Origin: Lama glama
Taxonomy: Eukaryota
DNA: 64,000 bases
Direction: 5' to 3'
Assembly: GCA_028534125.1 (NCBI GenBank)
Contig: CM052817.1
Span: 21,454,001 to 21,518,000 of the forward strand
The translations under genes were made by a program, and so were the position numbers. Shown here piece by piece: positions 38,101 to 51,790 of the stretch (its first letter is position 1; each line of letters starts with the position of its first letter). The notes below the pieces were generated by a model. That model did not search any database. It saw only the letters and a program-made list of their open reading frames with translations, and was not told the origin of the DNA.

Positions 38101-40942
38101 ATTTTTCCACAATGATGTCATCTTCCATATCCTTTCATTTATATGAACTGATTCACAAAAACCAGATTTTATGTCAAGATGGATGAGTAAATAACCTATT
38201 AATTACACAGTCCTACTTCTGGATTTTGGTCATTTCTACAGTATTTAAAAAATCATAAAGTTTGTGGTTGAAATTTTTACCTTAAATATAGAAATTGCCT
38301 CTAAGAAGGGTCTAATTTTTCTTAAATTGGCAGAGAGAGAGAGAGAATTAGTCACTTGAAAAGCCTCAACATGCAGCCTAATATACTTGGTGATACCACC
38401 AATTTCACAAAACCACTTATTTGAGTTATATATGCTTCTGTAAATACTTACTCCATGTCTGGAATGACATTTCCAATGCCATAACTGATAGGTCCTCTTC
38501 CATGTTCTTTCTGTCAACATTAACTTCATACTAGGTATTGGGTATATGGTTGACTCATTTTCTTTTAAATCTAATAAGTATTATAAAATTTAATAAAGTG
38601 TTAAAAATGTATATGAGATTAATAGCATGGATGTGAAAGCAATCGAGGAAAGGAAGTCTTTTCTAAAATCTTGAAGAGGAACATTTTAGACCATATTTTT
38701 TTGAGGAAATTAACTTGACTTATTGTTGTGGTTTTGTTCCATACCTCATTTTTTTTTTTGCCTCCATGCATGAGTGTGTGTGGTATGTATGGATAAACTT
38801 TCTCATCATTAGGACCTCTTTTTAGATTTCATTTCTAACTACATAGACTGACTGAAAGAAGAGGGTAGGGATTGATGGAAAAGATAAGTGAATTTTGGCT
38901 CTTGTACTATGTAACTAGCTTTAAAATAATTAAGCATAAATATAATTTAGAAGTTCTTGGTAATTTCTGTAGAAATAAGTGAATATACGAACAGCTGACA
39001 CTGCATCTACCAATTTCATTAATAACTGACCGATTAGTCAAATTTTGTTCCATATATCATGAGTAATAAGCTGACATCTCTAACCTGTGATGTTTAAGTG
39101 ATAAATAAGAAGAAGCCCATTTTAGTCCTGTTCTCTTCTTGCCAGAAGGAATTTTATCATAACAGTAAGAACAGATTCCTAAGTAAGAATATACTAATGG
39201 AGTTGAGTCTTCTGGCATGGCTTAAATTTTTAAGGATTTTGGCAGCTTAATTGGTAAAGGGTATGCCAGATTGCTAAATGATTGTAAATTAAGGGGGAAA
39301 AAATATATATATATCATATTATTTAGTTGGGTTTTATAATTAAAGAGAAAGTCTGAATCTTGTTTAAATTAAAGAATCAATTTAATTCAATTCCGTTGAA
39401 GCCACAGAAATTGAGTATTTTTATGTGTCTAGCACTCTGCTCAACACCCCAAATGAAGCACTGCTATTTGAACCTCTAACCCCTTCTCCAGGAAATGACA
39501 ACTCATTTGGTGACAACAAAACATCAATATATAAAACAATTTGAGTTGACCATGGAGCTGCTTTTAATCAGCCTAACACAGTTGCTGGAAGCATCTACTG
39601 AATTAGTTTTGTTCAGCCATAAGTTCAATCCCAAACTTAACATCATTGCCCTTGCTGATGTGGCTCTGGGCCAGAATAGGCAAGAGGCTAACAAAATTTG
39701 TCCAATTTACTCTAAGCAATTTGATTTAACTGGCAGTTGTTACCTTGGTGTCCCATCTCCTGACAGGCAGATTTAAAGCCCTGCAATGTGCAGCCAGGCT
39801 GCATGCCAGGGTGTCAGGACCTAACTGTAACTTCCCTGGTTCTCTCTGCCATAATCTCTATCAACAGCAAACAAATTAACATTTCACAGTCAAAATACAG
39901 GGCAGTGGCTAAAACTCCTGTTTTATATGTGTAAAAGCATCTCTCCCCTCATTTGGACAATAAAAGACCTTGCTTGTGTCCCAAACTTGGCATGAGGCAA
40001 CAGATTTCCCAGTGAATTCAAGAGGATGTATACAACTGATAAATCTCAATGATCTATAATTGTTAACGGGTGATAAACAAGCATAAGCATAAAAATCCAA
40101 ATCGCGAATCACCAATTGTGATGGTTCTAAAGTGGATTATGTTTATTCAGAAGGCACTTGGCTACCCAGGGCAAGCATGAAAATGTACTTGAGAATGTTC
40201 AAATGAAATGATGCCTGGTTGATGATCTTTTGCCTAGATGTGTAGTGCTAATATATGTTTGACTGTTTGCAGTAGGATGGGATGTTTTGTTGTATTGTAA
40301 AAGTGTGTATCTTTTTAAAGGGATGTCTCTGTCCCAGATATATAACTCACAGATTAAATGATGATAAACCAATACATACTCCGTGGAGCCATTCTTCTTT
40401 CCAAAACTCAGAACTGATTTTCTCATTTCATCCAACTATCATAAAAATTTGGCCATAAAGATTTACAGACCAACAACATAGTTTCTCAATATATATTTGC
40501 CGAGTAAAGCATTGAGTGAAGAATTTTTACAACTGCATTTTCAACAGGTTTTAGATGAGCTACAGGAGCCTTCTTTCTCAAATTTCTTATCTTGTTTATG
40601 ACATCCTTGAATTTTTCTGTTCCAGTCTAGAATTCATATAATATAAATTTTTCCAGTAAAAAATGGTTCAATAAATATGTAAATATAATAAATACATGGG
40701 ATATCAGATAGAGTACTCAGAAGGCTACTGCCTCATTAGTGGGCAAAATATTAACCCCAGACTAAAGATATTTCTTGCTCAATTGTAACAGCCAAATAAC
40801 TGAATATTAAACATACAGAAGTCATTTCAGAAATAGTTCTTTGTCCAAAATCATGGTCTACATTTTGGTCATCATTATCCTTTTTATCACTGATACATAT
40901 ATTCAATCACATCATTCAAAGAATCTTCACATCAATTAACAG

Positions 40943-41393
40943 AGTATTAGAGTCCTAGGGCAGCTGTGCAATACAAACTTGGTGAACTAAAAATATGGAA
41001 ATGTATCTTTTTACAGATCCAAAGAAGCCCGGAAGTTCAAAATCAAGGTGTTGTCAGGGCCACACTCCCTTCAAAGGCCCTGGGAGAGAATCCATTCTGG
41101 CCTCTTCCAGCTTCTAATAGCTTCACATATTCCTTGGCTTGTGTTAGCCTAAGTCTCATCTCTACTTCTGTCTTTACATGGCCTTATCCCGTGTCTCCGG
41201 GTCTCAAATCTCCCTTTGCCTCTCTCTTGTAAGGACAGCTGTCATTGGATTTAGGTCCCAACCTATATAGGATGATCTCATCTCAAGTACCTTGGTTTAG
41301 CTACATCGGCAAAGGCCATCTTTATAAGTCAAGTCACATTCACAGTTTCCTGGTGGACATATCTTTTGAGGGAACGTAATTCAATTCACTATA
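40943..41393 (-). mobile_element. MLT1C-type MaLR LTR
   Basis: gtattag...aaatcaaggtgttgtcagggccacactccc...gcctcttccagcttct...cattggatttagg...aattcaattcactata; full-length. Confidence 0.9.
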
Positions 41394-43127
41394 GGCAGTA
41401 AAGATCATAAAAGGACATTTCTTTCATTGCAGGAAGAATTTTAGTTAGTAGAAAAACATGGGCTATGTTAGTAAATTTAAGAAATGTTTACAAATCAGCC
41501 AGACTATGAGAGTAAATGAGGGGATAAAATAGTATGGAGAAGGCTACAGAAACATTCACATTCTTGCAGCTTTAAGAGTGTGGTGAGTCAAGAACACAGT
41601 TAAGGGTTGAACAGTTATAAACGTTCCAACAGTCTTTATATCAAGAACCTCTCCTGATTAAGTTCTGAGAGCCCTCCTCACCTCTTGGTCATGATAATAT
41701 AGTGGTAGTGAGAAAAACCATTCAAAGTCAGTTATAATTAGAGAAAAAACAACATGTAGTTTAGCTATCTTAAACATGGAAAACAAATCTAGAGCTAAGT
41801 TTCAGATGAGTATACAGCAAATCACAAGATCACTGAGAAAAATCGACTAATGAATTTGCTATGCAGCTACAAAATTGATGAAAATCACACTGACTTGGTT
41901 TGTATTTATTAGAAAGAAATGGGATGTTTACAGATCTGTGTTGCTTTGCCTGTATGATAATGGACAAAAGAAAAAAAGCTGGAGTAAGATGATTCACTAA
42001 ATATGACAATGCTGAAACTATATAAGTGGTTACCTATAGATCCTTCTCAGAGGAACGTACTATGGAAAAGGAAAAAAAAAAAGTGAACTTGTTCTCAAAT
42101 GCTGAACTAGGTCAGAAAAATTCAAGGAACTTCCTTTGGGATAGAGACTACAACAGTACTGGCTCTTATGGCTCATGATGTAAAATCTGTTAAGAGTTCA
42201 TTGGCTTCAATTTTTGCACAATAACTTGCTCAGCAATTATGTACTGAGTGACTATGTTCCTGGTCTGTGGAAATTATAAAATAAATTCTCAGGATAGTCA
42301 GCTAAAGTGAGAATCAATTAACCATAGATTAGGTTAGACTAATACAGAAAAAAAATGTTATTAGTAGGCCAAGTTAAAAAAGAAAGGAAAGACAGACATA
42401 TTAATGAACTCCTTAAACTGTTTATTGCTAAAAGGACTTAAGATACACAAATAAGAAAAAGTGAAAATCCATCAAAATAAAACAGGATATAATTATGACT
42501 TTAAATTTCTCAGCAGATTAAATAATAAACATTATTTGATTCGGAATTTGGGGTTAAATGTGTTTTTTTTTAATGGGCCTCTCATTAAAAGAAAAATATG
42601 CCATCCCATAATTCAGTTTATTTAAGGTAGGAAATGCTCATTAGGATTTTTCCTTGCTGAAAATCTCCTTAAAAAAAATGAGAACAAAATATGTTCCTGG
42701 TATTGTTTTTTGTTATCAGAATAATCACATCAATTTTTTATGCATGTGATCTCATTCAAAATCTTACAGGCAAGATTTCAGAATCTACTGTGCTGAAGAC
42801 ATGCAGTAAGAGCTAGGGGAAATGGAGACTTGAACTGGGATAAATCATTTCCTACATGAATATTCTGATATCTGTACTGCTCAGAACACAGAATAATTCA
42901 TTATTGGCAAGTGAGTAGCATATACATAGTAAGGTACATAAAAATGTGATGACTGCCTAAGGAAACAGAATAAAACATGTTGTTAGAGTAAGACATGTAT
43001 GGACATTTCTTAAAGAAAGCTTCTCATATATCTCTAAGAAATAAAGTGGTTCATACAATTAGTCAGTTAAAGTCATGGTACAAACACACAAAATGTAATA
43101 AATGATGGTTGATTTACAAATATTTAT

Positions 43128-43308
43128 CAGAAAATTATTAAGAACTCATTCTTGCCAGGTGCTGTTCTAACTGCTCTTTCATAGTAATTTACCTATTGCT
43201 CAGAACAAGCCTATGAAGTAAAACGATTATCCCCATTGCACACATGAGGCTAGAGAAACACAACAATAGGAACTAATTCGCTCACAGTTGCACACTTGGC
43301 GTGTGGAA
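43128..43308 (-). mobile_element. MIR SINE
   Basis: tgccaggtgctgttctaactgct...cctatgaagta...attatccccattgcacacatgagg. Confidence 0.7.
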
Positions 43309-45689
43309 CAACAAAGAAAGGGTAACAGAACAGAGAAAACAGAACATATCTGAAAAGAGTGTAGTGGGATAGGAGGGAAAATAGTTTTTTTTAAAGCCCT
43401 CTTAGATTTTCATGAAAAATCCGATCCACTCAAGTGATTAAATTAGGTAGGTTTTTCAGCATCTTGTAGATATTGATGTTTTTACATGTCCTGTATTTCT
43501 GAGTCAGCCAAGTCAACAGACATAATCATTACTAACAAAATTTTTACAGTAGTGTTTTACCGTTTCATATGTACTCAGCACCTTTTAGAAACCGAAATAA
43601 GAATACTTTTCCCGGTCAGACACCCGTGAAAATATATGTTGAAAACACATCAAATAAAATTATGAAAATTCTCTCAGGGTATTCATTTTAAAGCACTATT
43701 TTTAAGAGTTTTAAGCCGTTTTCTTTCAGATTGACTCTTTGAAACACTCCTATAAACAAAGTGGGTCTTTGTATTCATTTTAAAATGATGAATCACAAGC
43801 TTAGAGAAAGGAAGTGGCTTCCCCAAAATCATGCAACACGAAAGCAAGCAAACAAAAAAAGGATCCAAATACAAGATTCTCAATTCCATATTCAATCCAG
43901 AAATCCTTAGATTCAATTCTTTGAGGGAAAAGTTTCTAGCTTCAGTCATGGAAGCTGACACAACAACAGTTTTCAGTAGGCTGCATAAACATTTGGAAAA
44001 TTTATCATGGAACAAGTACTTATTATAAAAGGGAACAATTCAGAGTGTATTATACAGTGAATTGTAATTTAGGATTTGCAAAATAATTTATGGACAACTA
44101 ACTAGATAATTTTCTTAGGGGGAAAATTAAAATGAAGGAGCTCATAATGCTTGAATTATATGTAAAAATAATAAAAACATACCACATGCTTCCCAAATTT
44201 AGTTATTTCTGTAAAGGTAATCCTTTACGGAATGGTTTACTAAAATATGTATAAATTTATAGACTTGGCAAGACACAGTATCAGAGAATATACCCAGAGC
44301 CATTTCACACACACATAAATACACATTCTCACTCTCCTGCTACACGCTATATTACATAGGACTAACGTTATAAAAAAATGTTTAATCAGAACACATCAAT
44401 CGTGGTTCTAGGACTCTGGGCCTTTAAATTTTCTAATATGCTTGTGCTTAAATAATTCACCAAGCAGCTTAAGCCCAAGATTATATCTCAGATCCAATAG
44501 ATGTGAATCTCTTCCCTTCCATTTGTAATGAAGAACAGATTAAAGATTTTGCTAATGAAAATGATTGAGAGTAATCCAGAAAAGCAAAAACAGACCTTCC
44601 CAACAAATAAGCCGGCTTTAAACACTGTTAATCTGATGAGGCTAGGGAGAGTTTAATTAAAATTCTATCTCCCATTTATCTAATATTAAAGAGTAAAATA
44701 TCTGCTAAAACAGCTTTCTCTTTAACGTGGTTCTTTTTCCCTCTTTGGGGCTGACTGAAAAATAAAGTTGAATTTAAACAGAAAAAAATCATTCCATCAA
44801 CTCTTTTATTATTATAATTTTGGGGGTAGAAGTCACAGCCCTGAGTTGGTAATGAAGACGAGATTCTGCTCAGTGACTTCATTGGGTCTCCCATGTCAGA
44901 TTGAAGGTAATATAATGTGAGAATTTTATACATGTTTCATTCTCTGGGTGATAATTTGGTGCTAGTAGATACTTTAAATACTCTAAGATTTAGACTGACA
45001 TCTGCCTGGTTACTTGATTCTCAAGTCAGCAATGCCAGTAGGCGACATGTAGTAAGCAAAGAAAGGTGGTTAGTATACTTCTATTCAAATGTATATTAAT
45101 TTCAAAAGATGACAGAAAAATATTTCATAACTCATCCAAGTTTTCAGTGATAGTAAATTCTAGTTAAAAGAACACAACTTGGGTTTTTACTAGCTGCACT
45201 GTTAAGCTGCTAAATATAAATAGTGCAGTGTCCACTAAACCATTAACAATTTATTTAAATTTCATATAACATTCATAGATTATTGTGAATAAACAGTGTT
45301 GATTTGTGATTAACATTTTTCAAATTTGGGAATTCCTAAAATTTGCTGGAAAAAAAGGTGTGAACTCAGTGTTTGTTTACTGTCCTTAAAACAGGGACAA
45401 AATATGTTTGCTCTTGGTGAATTTGGCATTTAGGTATGATGCATTTTACAGTAAAGAAAATATTTATACCCTAATAACAAATTTACTATAGCTTTTTGAC
45501 AAGTCAGACAAGTTATACAAAAACATCATTTTAATCTTTCTGATGGAAACTTTTTGCATTATTCAAATACAATTCTTCTTCATCCTATAGATACACATTG
45601 ATAACCCCAGCCATTAGCTCTTCTCTGTTACTGAAGAATGTCTTTATTTCTACTTAATCTTCTAAACCAGTAAAAATACTTTAGAGAAT

Positions 45690-46270
45690 TTAATTTTTTT
45701 AAAAAAAGACAAAACAACCAATAAACAATGAGAAGTCTAACAAAAAATCCTTCTTTGAATCTGTATCTTCTTCCATTTGTGTGCGGTCTCTTTCCTTATT
45801 CAGCCAATCTTCTTGATATGTAACTTAAAGCCACTTTGCTACTTCTTTCTATTCTTTTTATTTTTCTTACTTCTTTTTATTCTCAATCCACTGCAGGCTG
45901 GCCTCTTCCTCTACCATATGAGTGAAACTCTGCTGTCAAGAGTCACCAATATCCTCCTGATTGGCAAGCCAGTAGATCTTTTAAATTACTGGACTTTGCT
46001 TCAGGGGCAGGGTTCCGCACTCAAGATGTATGACTTGTGTTTACCATGGCGGACATAGGACTGTGTTTGTGCTCTGTTCTGGCTCTTACTTCTCAGTCTG
46101 CTACTCAGTGCCTTTCTCCTCTGTCCATTCTTTAAGTTGTTGATATTCCTTTGGTTTCTTCTTATTACATATAATTTTACGGGACAAATTCACTCACGCT
46201 TATGGTTTTGACCACACATGTAACTCTGCTCAGTATAGTCATCTGGATAGCATGGAGATACTTCAAGTTC
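45690..46270 (+). mobile_element. L2 relic
   Basis: ctcaatccactgcaggctggcctc...gaaactctgctgtcaagagtcaccaat. Confidence 0.6.
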
Positions 46271-46712
46271 CAATAAAACACTCATTGATGTTCATTAATA
46301 GCATTGATACTAAAAACACAACAACCATTTATTTCATCCATAATATACATCAAGCCATGTTCTCACTTTTCTATATATTTCCTTTTAATTTTCACAATTA
46401 TTGACTTAGTGGATGTTCATAAGTTTTAAATTTGATATTTTTGGCAAAAGGAAAAATTATAATGGTGACATCTTAATTATAGGTGCTTAAAACATGAACT
46501 ACTAATATACAATATTTTCTTATTTTTTTCTTAACTATACTTTAACTGAAATTTTAATTTTCTCTTTGCTGCCAGGGGAAAATGACTTTCTGAAGTCCCC
46601 CATTTTTTAAAAATTTTATACTGGTAATTGTTTTACCATACACACTATTACTCCCATGAGGAATTTATTGAAAACTTTTCTGTGCAATCTCTAGCTATCT
46701 AAATATCTATCC

Positions 46713-46751
<39 letters not shown>
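46713..46751. repeat. (CTAT)n microsatellite
   Basis: Direct reading. Confidence 0.95.
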
Positions 46752-46980
46752 CCTACTTCAGTGAGACCTTGAAGAAGAGCTAATTTTTCCATTTTCAAAG
46801 TATAATGTACACCCACTCTCTTTTCATCAAATCATTCAAATAAATTAGTCTGTGTTTTGTCTAAACATCTGTCAAAAACTGAAAGATGTATTAGAATGCC
46901 TTTCCAATGCTATCTTGTTTATAGCAACTGCTCTAAATATTTACAATAAAGCATATATATATGCAATCAAGAGCAATATA

Positions 46981-47016
46981 TGTGTGTGTGCGTGTGCGTG
47001 TGTGTGTGTGTGTGTG
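46981..47016. repeat. (TG)n microsatellite with CG interruptions
   Basis: Direct reading. Confidence 0.95.
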
Positions 47017-48479
47017 AGCTTGCTCTTTATTGTTCTTTTCCACTATTAAAATGTATGGTACTTAAGGTCAAAGACTTTTTTTCATCATGTGCCTAGAATA
47101 ATGCCCAACACATAGTAGTTGGTAAATAACTCTTTAGCAAATACAAATGTGTCAGTCAATTTTTAAAAAGGTATTATGTAAAAAGATTAAGCTCAAAATG
47201 GAACAGTTAAAATCTTTAATCTTAGTTATATAATTTTTCCCTATGGTGAGGCATTACTATGCCAATTTTTCAAATCAGGGAGTTACACAGAAATTGGCCT
47301 GATGAAAGCTTTGGGATTAGCATTTCATTAACTATTGCAGTTTAACTAACCAAAGCCAAAAATTAGCTAGAGTTGTGTTTGGGACAATTTGCAACAAATT
47401 ATTGAGCTTTTCAGAAAATAATGCCTCCTAGGCTAACAGAAAGTGTAAAATTTTGAAATAAATAATCACGTTTTACTGAGGTTTGATTATATTTTCCTGT
47501 GACTTAAAAAAATAATTTCAATCATTTTCAGTATTATTACTATAGAGATTACTGTTATTAATGTCCTTGCATACAAATTTTTACAAATGGGAATATTTTC
47601 ATTTATTTCAGATGTAATTCAATATCATTCTATACCTAAGTCTACAAATCTTTTCTTCCACAGTAGACAGATGATTTTAAGATATCTTATGTGGCACTTT
47701 AAAGCACCTTACTTTTGAAATACTATTTATGAAATAGTATTTATTAGTGTACTGGCCATTATAGATCTATGATAACACCACTATGACTATCCTTTCCATT
47801 TTGTTAAATAGAATATTTAACTAGTTATTTCACTGATATAATTTCTGTTTCTCAGTGAAGATACAGAAAAATCAATGCTGTCATTCAAAGCTCTGTTTTC
47901 GACTTTTATGCTTACATATTCTTTTAATCAAATTCAATATGTGATTCACTGTTTTAATATTCTAGAGTTTTGATAAAATCACAGATCTTATTTCTACATT
48001 ATATACTCCTCTTAGTAACAGACAGAATTGATTATTCATTCACTCACTCATTCACTTGTTCATTTATTCGTCATTGACTGATTACCATAAAAATATTACT
48101 GTATAAATCACTCCTGGAAGAAATGATTTTTATCCCCTTATACCTTAGCAAGAGATCATCTGGCATTCAATAAGTATCATGATATAGAAAGAAACAGTGT
48201 TTATTATTGCCAAATAACAGAAGTATTTCAAAAAGTGAAATATTTGTAATGAAAATTCTAGCTTGCTAAAGAATTTCTATAACATATAATTTGTTGTATC
48301 TTTTTTTGTTGTTAAGAGGATTATCTACAAATAACTGTATATAGTTTCCTTCTTCAAGTATAAGTAACCTACAGACATAAAAAAGGCTTATTCAATATTT
48401 GCTTTTACAGTCCTTCATTAATCTACAACAAGAACATTTCGAGATTTTTTCAATATGGATGTTTTAATACCTTTTGTGT

Positions 48480-49140
48480 CTCTGCTGAGATTTAGCCCTT
48501 TTTTTCCTTTCCCTCACTAAGCATAGTTATAACAGCTGTTTTAACATATTTTTCTGCTAATATCAACATATGGATCATCTTTTTTGTTTGCTTTTTCCCA
48601 TTAATTGACTTTTCTTGTGAGAATGGATTACATTTTCCTGATTCTTAATATGCTGAGTACTTCTGTATTGTTTCTTGACCACTATGAATGCTACATGGTA
48701 GATTCTGTTATATTCCTCAGAAGAGTGCTAAATAACCCTTTTGTTGAAAAGAAGACAAGTTAAGTGCTTGCTGCATGCCCTTCATCTTGAGTGACATATT
48801 CAATCTCAGTTCAATTTTTTTAAACTTTAGCTGGTACCTGTCCTGCAGATGCATGACTCAGAGACAGATGGAGAATTGTGCAGAGCTTATATACAGAAAT
48901 TAGGCTCCATATCTTTGGCTTTCATGTTTCCAAAATCCCCACCCACTTTCCAGTGTCTTTATAATGGTGATTTTCTATCAGAGATTTAGTCATATTTTTG
49001 CCAACTGCCAGCTTTTGTTCGGTCTCCAATACCTCCAGGTGATTTCTTGTGTGTGTAATTTGTTCAGAGTTTATAGTAGTTATCAATGGGAGGTTCAGCC
49101 AAGTAGGAGTTTAATCTATTACCCCAGAAGCTGAATCTAT
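48480..49140 (-). mobile_element. Old L1/HAL1-like 5' region fragment
   Basis: tctgctaatatcaacatatggatcatc...gattacattttcctgattctt...gattctgttatattcctcagaagagtg; subfamily uncertain. Confidence 0.5.
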
Positions 49141-49449
49141 AGCTAGAAAATTTTAGGGGGAAATTCAATAAATTTTAGAAAATCCTCAAACAAAACAAAG
49201 CAAACAAAGTAAGTTTTACATTAGAGGGATACACTATGCCTGTTCAGTTGAGAAAGAGTGTGAGTTTTATTGATAAACTGAAAAAACATGAAGAGAACAT
49301 ATGACAGTATGTCACAGGGAGCAGCATATATATGGAGAAAGAAAATAACAGGATGTTTAACATCAAATTACAAATAAAAATTTGACATTTAAAAATGTCA
49401 AGTATGTTCTAAAACTTACAGTTGTGAATGCTAGGTATTTTTGTTTTCT

Positions 49450-50687
49450 TTTAAGTACATTTAACATTTGGGACACAGGTTAGTTACTTGGAAGCAATAT
49501 AATCTTTTCAAGATTTACTTTTAATCCTTGTGTAGGCTGAGCAAGAAATATCTTTAGTTTGAGGTTAATATTTTGCCCACTAATGAGGCAATAGCCTTCT
49601 GAGTACTCTATCTGATACTCCACGTATTACAAATGTTTTCTACCCTTGATAGTAGGAACACAGACTATTTCCAGCCCTGTCTCAATACTCCCTCCCCTGC
49701 CTTGAGCTTACTTACTCATGGATATATGCTGATCAATACTCAACAAACATCTAGAAGGGAGTATTATGAAATCTCCAGAGCTTGCTCTTGGTGCAACTCT
49801 CCCTCTGTATGCAATTCTCTTCTCCATGCAATTCTTTCTTCTCACAGTTCACAGGGACCTACCCTGTAAATTCTTAATGTCTCATCACCTGAAAATCTCA
49901 CTTCTATGTCCTCAATTCAAGGAGACTTTGGGGTTCTGTTTGGATTACCCCTCCCAGTTCTGTGACCTGGAAACTCTCTCCAGACAATAAACAAGAAATC
50001 GTAGGGCTCACCTTGCTTGTTTTTATTCTTTCACAGTCATTGTTCTTTGATGCCTATTACCCAATGTCTGAATCTATTTTTTTTCATATATCTTATCCAA
50101 TGTTGATATCGTAGTAGGGAGGAACAATTCTTACTCCACATTAGATCTGTTCCTTTAACCCTAACCCTTTGTTTTGTTTCTAGCACTTAGTCATGAAGGT
50201 TCTGCACCTTTTGTAAAGTAATGTTGCCTATAGCCTGAAATATACAGGATAGCCTATTCTCAAGGCTTTGATCTCTAAGGGTATAATACGTTCCCATTCA
50301 TGTAAAGATAAAAATTTGCAGAACAGAAAATAACATTTGTCTTGTTGAAGGTTTATAGGGACACCATGACCTGACCTACATGGACAGCTGCAAGAACAAA
50401 GGACTCCCAACACCAAGAAGTCTGCAACTATACCCCCTCATTGTTTTAGTATAAAAGGAGCCTAAATTCTGACTTGAGGAAGATGGTTCTCCAGGACATC
50501 AGTTTGCCATCTTCTCAGTCTGCTGGCTTTCCGAATAAAGGTGTTATTCCTTGCCCTAACACCTCATTTCCCAATTTATTGGCCTGTCGTGCAGTAAGCA
50601 GATTGAGTTTGGTCTTGGTAACAATACGTTTAAGGCAGGAGAGTAAGTCTAGTTCTTGTTACTAAGTCATGGCCTGAAAAGGAAGTC
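49450..50687 (-). mobile_element. L1MC-type 5'UTR interrupted by an ERV1 LTR
   Basis: gggacacaggttagttacttggaagc...ggaacacagactatttccagccctgt; resumes after LTR with ggcaggagagtaagtctagttcttgttact...ggaagtc (5' tip). Confidence 0.7.
50110..50623 (+). mobile_element. ERV1 solo LTR (cetartiodactyl-type) nested in L1
   Basis: cgtagtagg...ggtaaca ends, near-TSD ATAT/ATAC, TATAAAA 50450-50456, AATAAA 50534-50539. Confidence 0.85.
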
Positions 50688-51384
50688 TAAAACCATGATC
50701 AAAATTCAATTTGTAGTAGAATGGATTTTGAAAGTCAACTTGAGACAATGGTTTACTAAAGTTTATTTGTCACATTTTATTTTCTATTAAAATGAAAATA
50801 TTACATATACTAAAGGAGCTGATTTTTTTTAACTGAGAGAAGAAGGTCTTCAGTTTTAGATAACTAACAGATATGGAAGGAATTTTCATTACAATTTGTG
50901 TGGAAAGTAAATGTTCTTAGCTTGTATCTATAGGTTAGAGTTTGCAAATGCCCTGGGGCAGCTCTACTATTTTGAAAATATTCTCAATCACATTATTCTT
51001 TAACTTTGATACAAAATGTGCAGACACAGCAAAAATCTGTTACATTTATTATGTTAGCTGAGTTGTCAGTAGAGACATTTTACCCTGTTCTATTTATTAC
51101 AACAATAGCTTGTTAACATATCTCCCAAATTCAAATTGCCTTCTCTAATAATCCAGGTTCTGGACAGCCACCAAAGCCATTTTATGTTTTCAGGCAGCCA
51201 CCAAATGCTTTTTTTCTTTATTTCTTCTTCTTTATTTCTGTATTATTTTTTGTAGAGTAAATCATATTTTATTACCACTTTGGTGAAAACCATTCAGAAC
51301 CTTCCTATCTCACTTAAAATAAATCCCCAATTATTAACAAGACTGATCCCTGCATTATTTTTCTGCTTATTTCCATTAAATTAT

Positions 51385-51790
51385 ATTTTGTCCCTCTTAT
51401 TTATCTTCTTTTAAATTAACTGAGTATTTTTATGATTTCATTGCATCTCCTTGTTTGATTACTAGCTCTACTTATCTGTGTTATAAATTTATATTTGCCT
51501 TAGGTTTTATAGCATGCATCATTTACTTACTACCACCTTCCTTTAAGTAATATTATACCACTTCAGGCAGAATATAAGAAACTGATAGCACTATATTTCC
51601 ACTTTCTTCTTCTGGCTTTTGCACTATTGTTAAAGGAAGTATTTCAGGAAGAAGGAGAATGATTCCAGATAAAAAAATTGAATCTATACAAGAAAATAGA
51701 GAGCACTGGAAATGGTAAATATGTAGGTATATTTTAAAAATATTTTAAAAAGATAATTGGTTATTTTATACAACAGTAAAAATAGTATCC
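51385..51790. mobile_element. L1MC-type ORF1-end/inter-ORF fragments in opposite orientations
   Basis: 51385-51630 antisense (aatattataccacttca), 51630-51790 sense (aaaggaagtatttcaggaagaagg...gagcactggaaatggtaaatatgt). Confidence 0.65.

Noticed and set aside
44830..44880. Hairpin gaagtcac...gtgacttc as pre-miRNA
   Set aside because: Stem short and bulged; no known miRNA recognised
49382..49401. Inverted repeat ttgacattt-aa-aaatgtcaa
   Set aside because: 9-bp AT-rich arms are expected by chance at this composition
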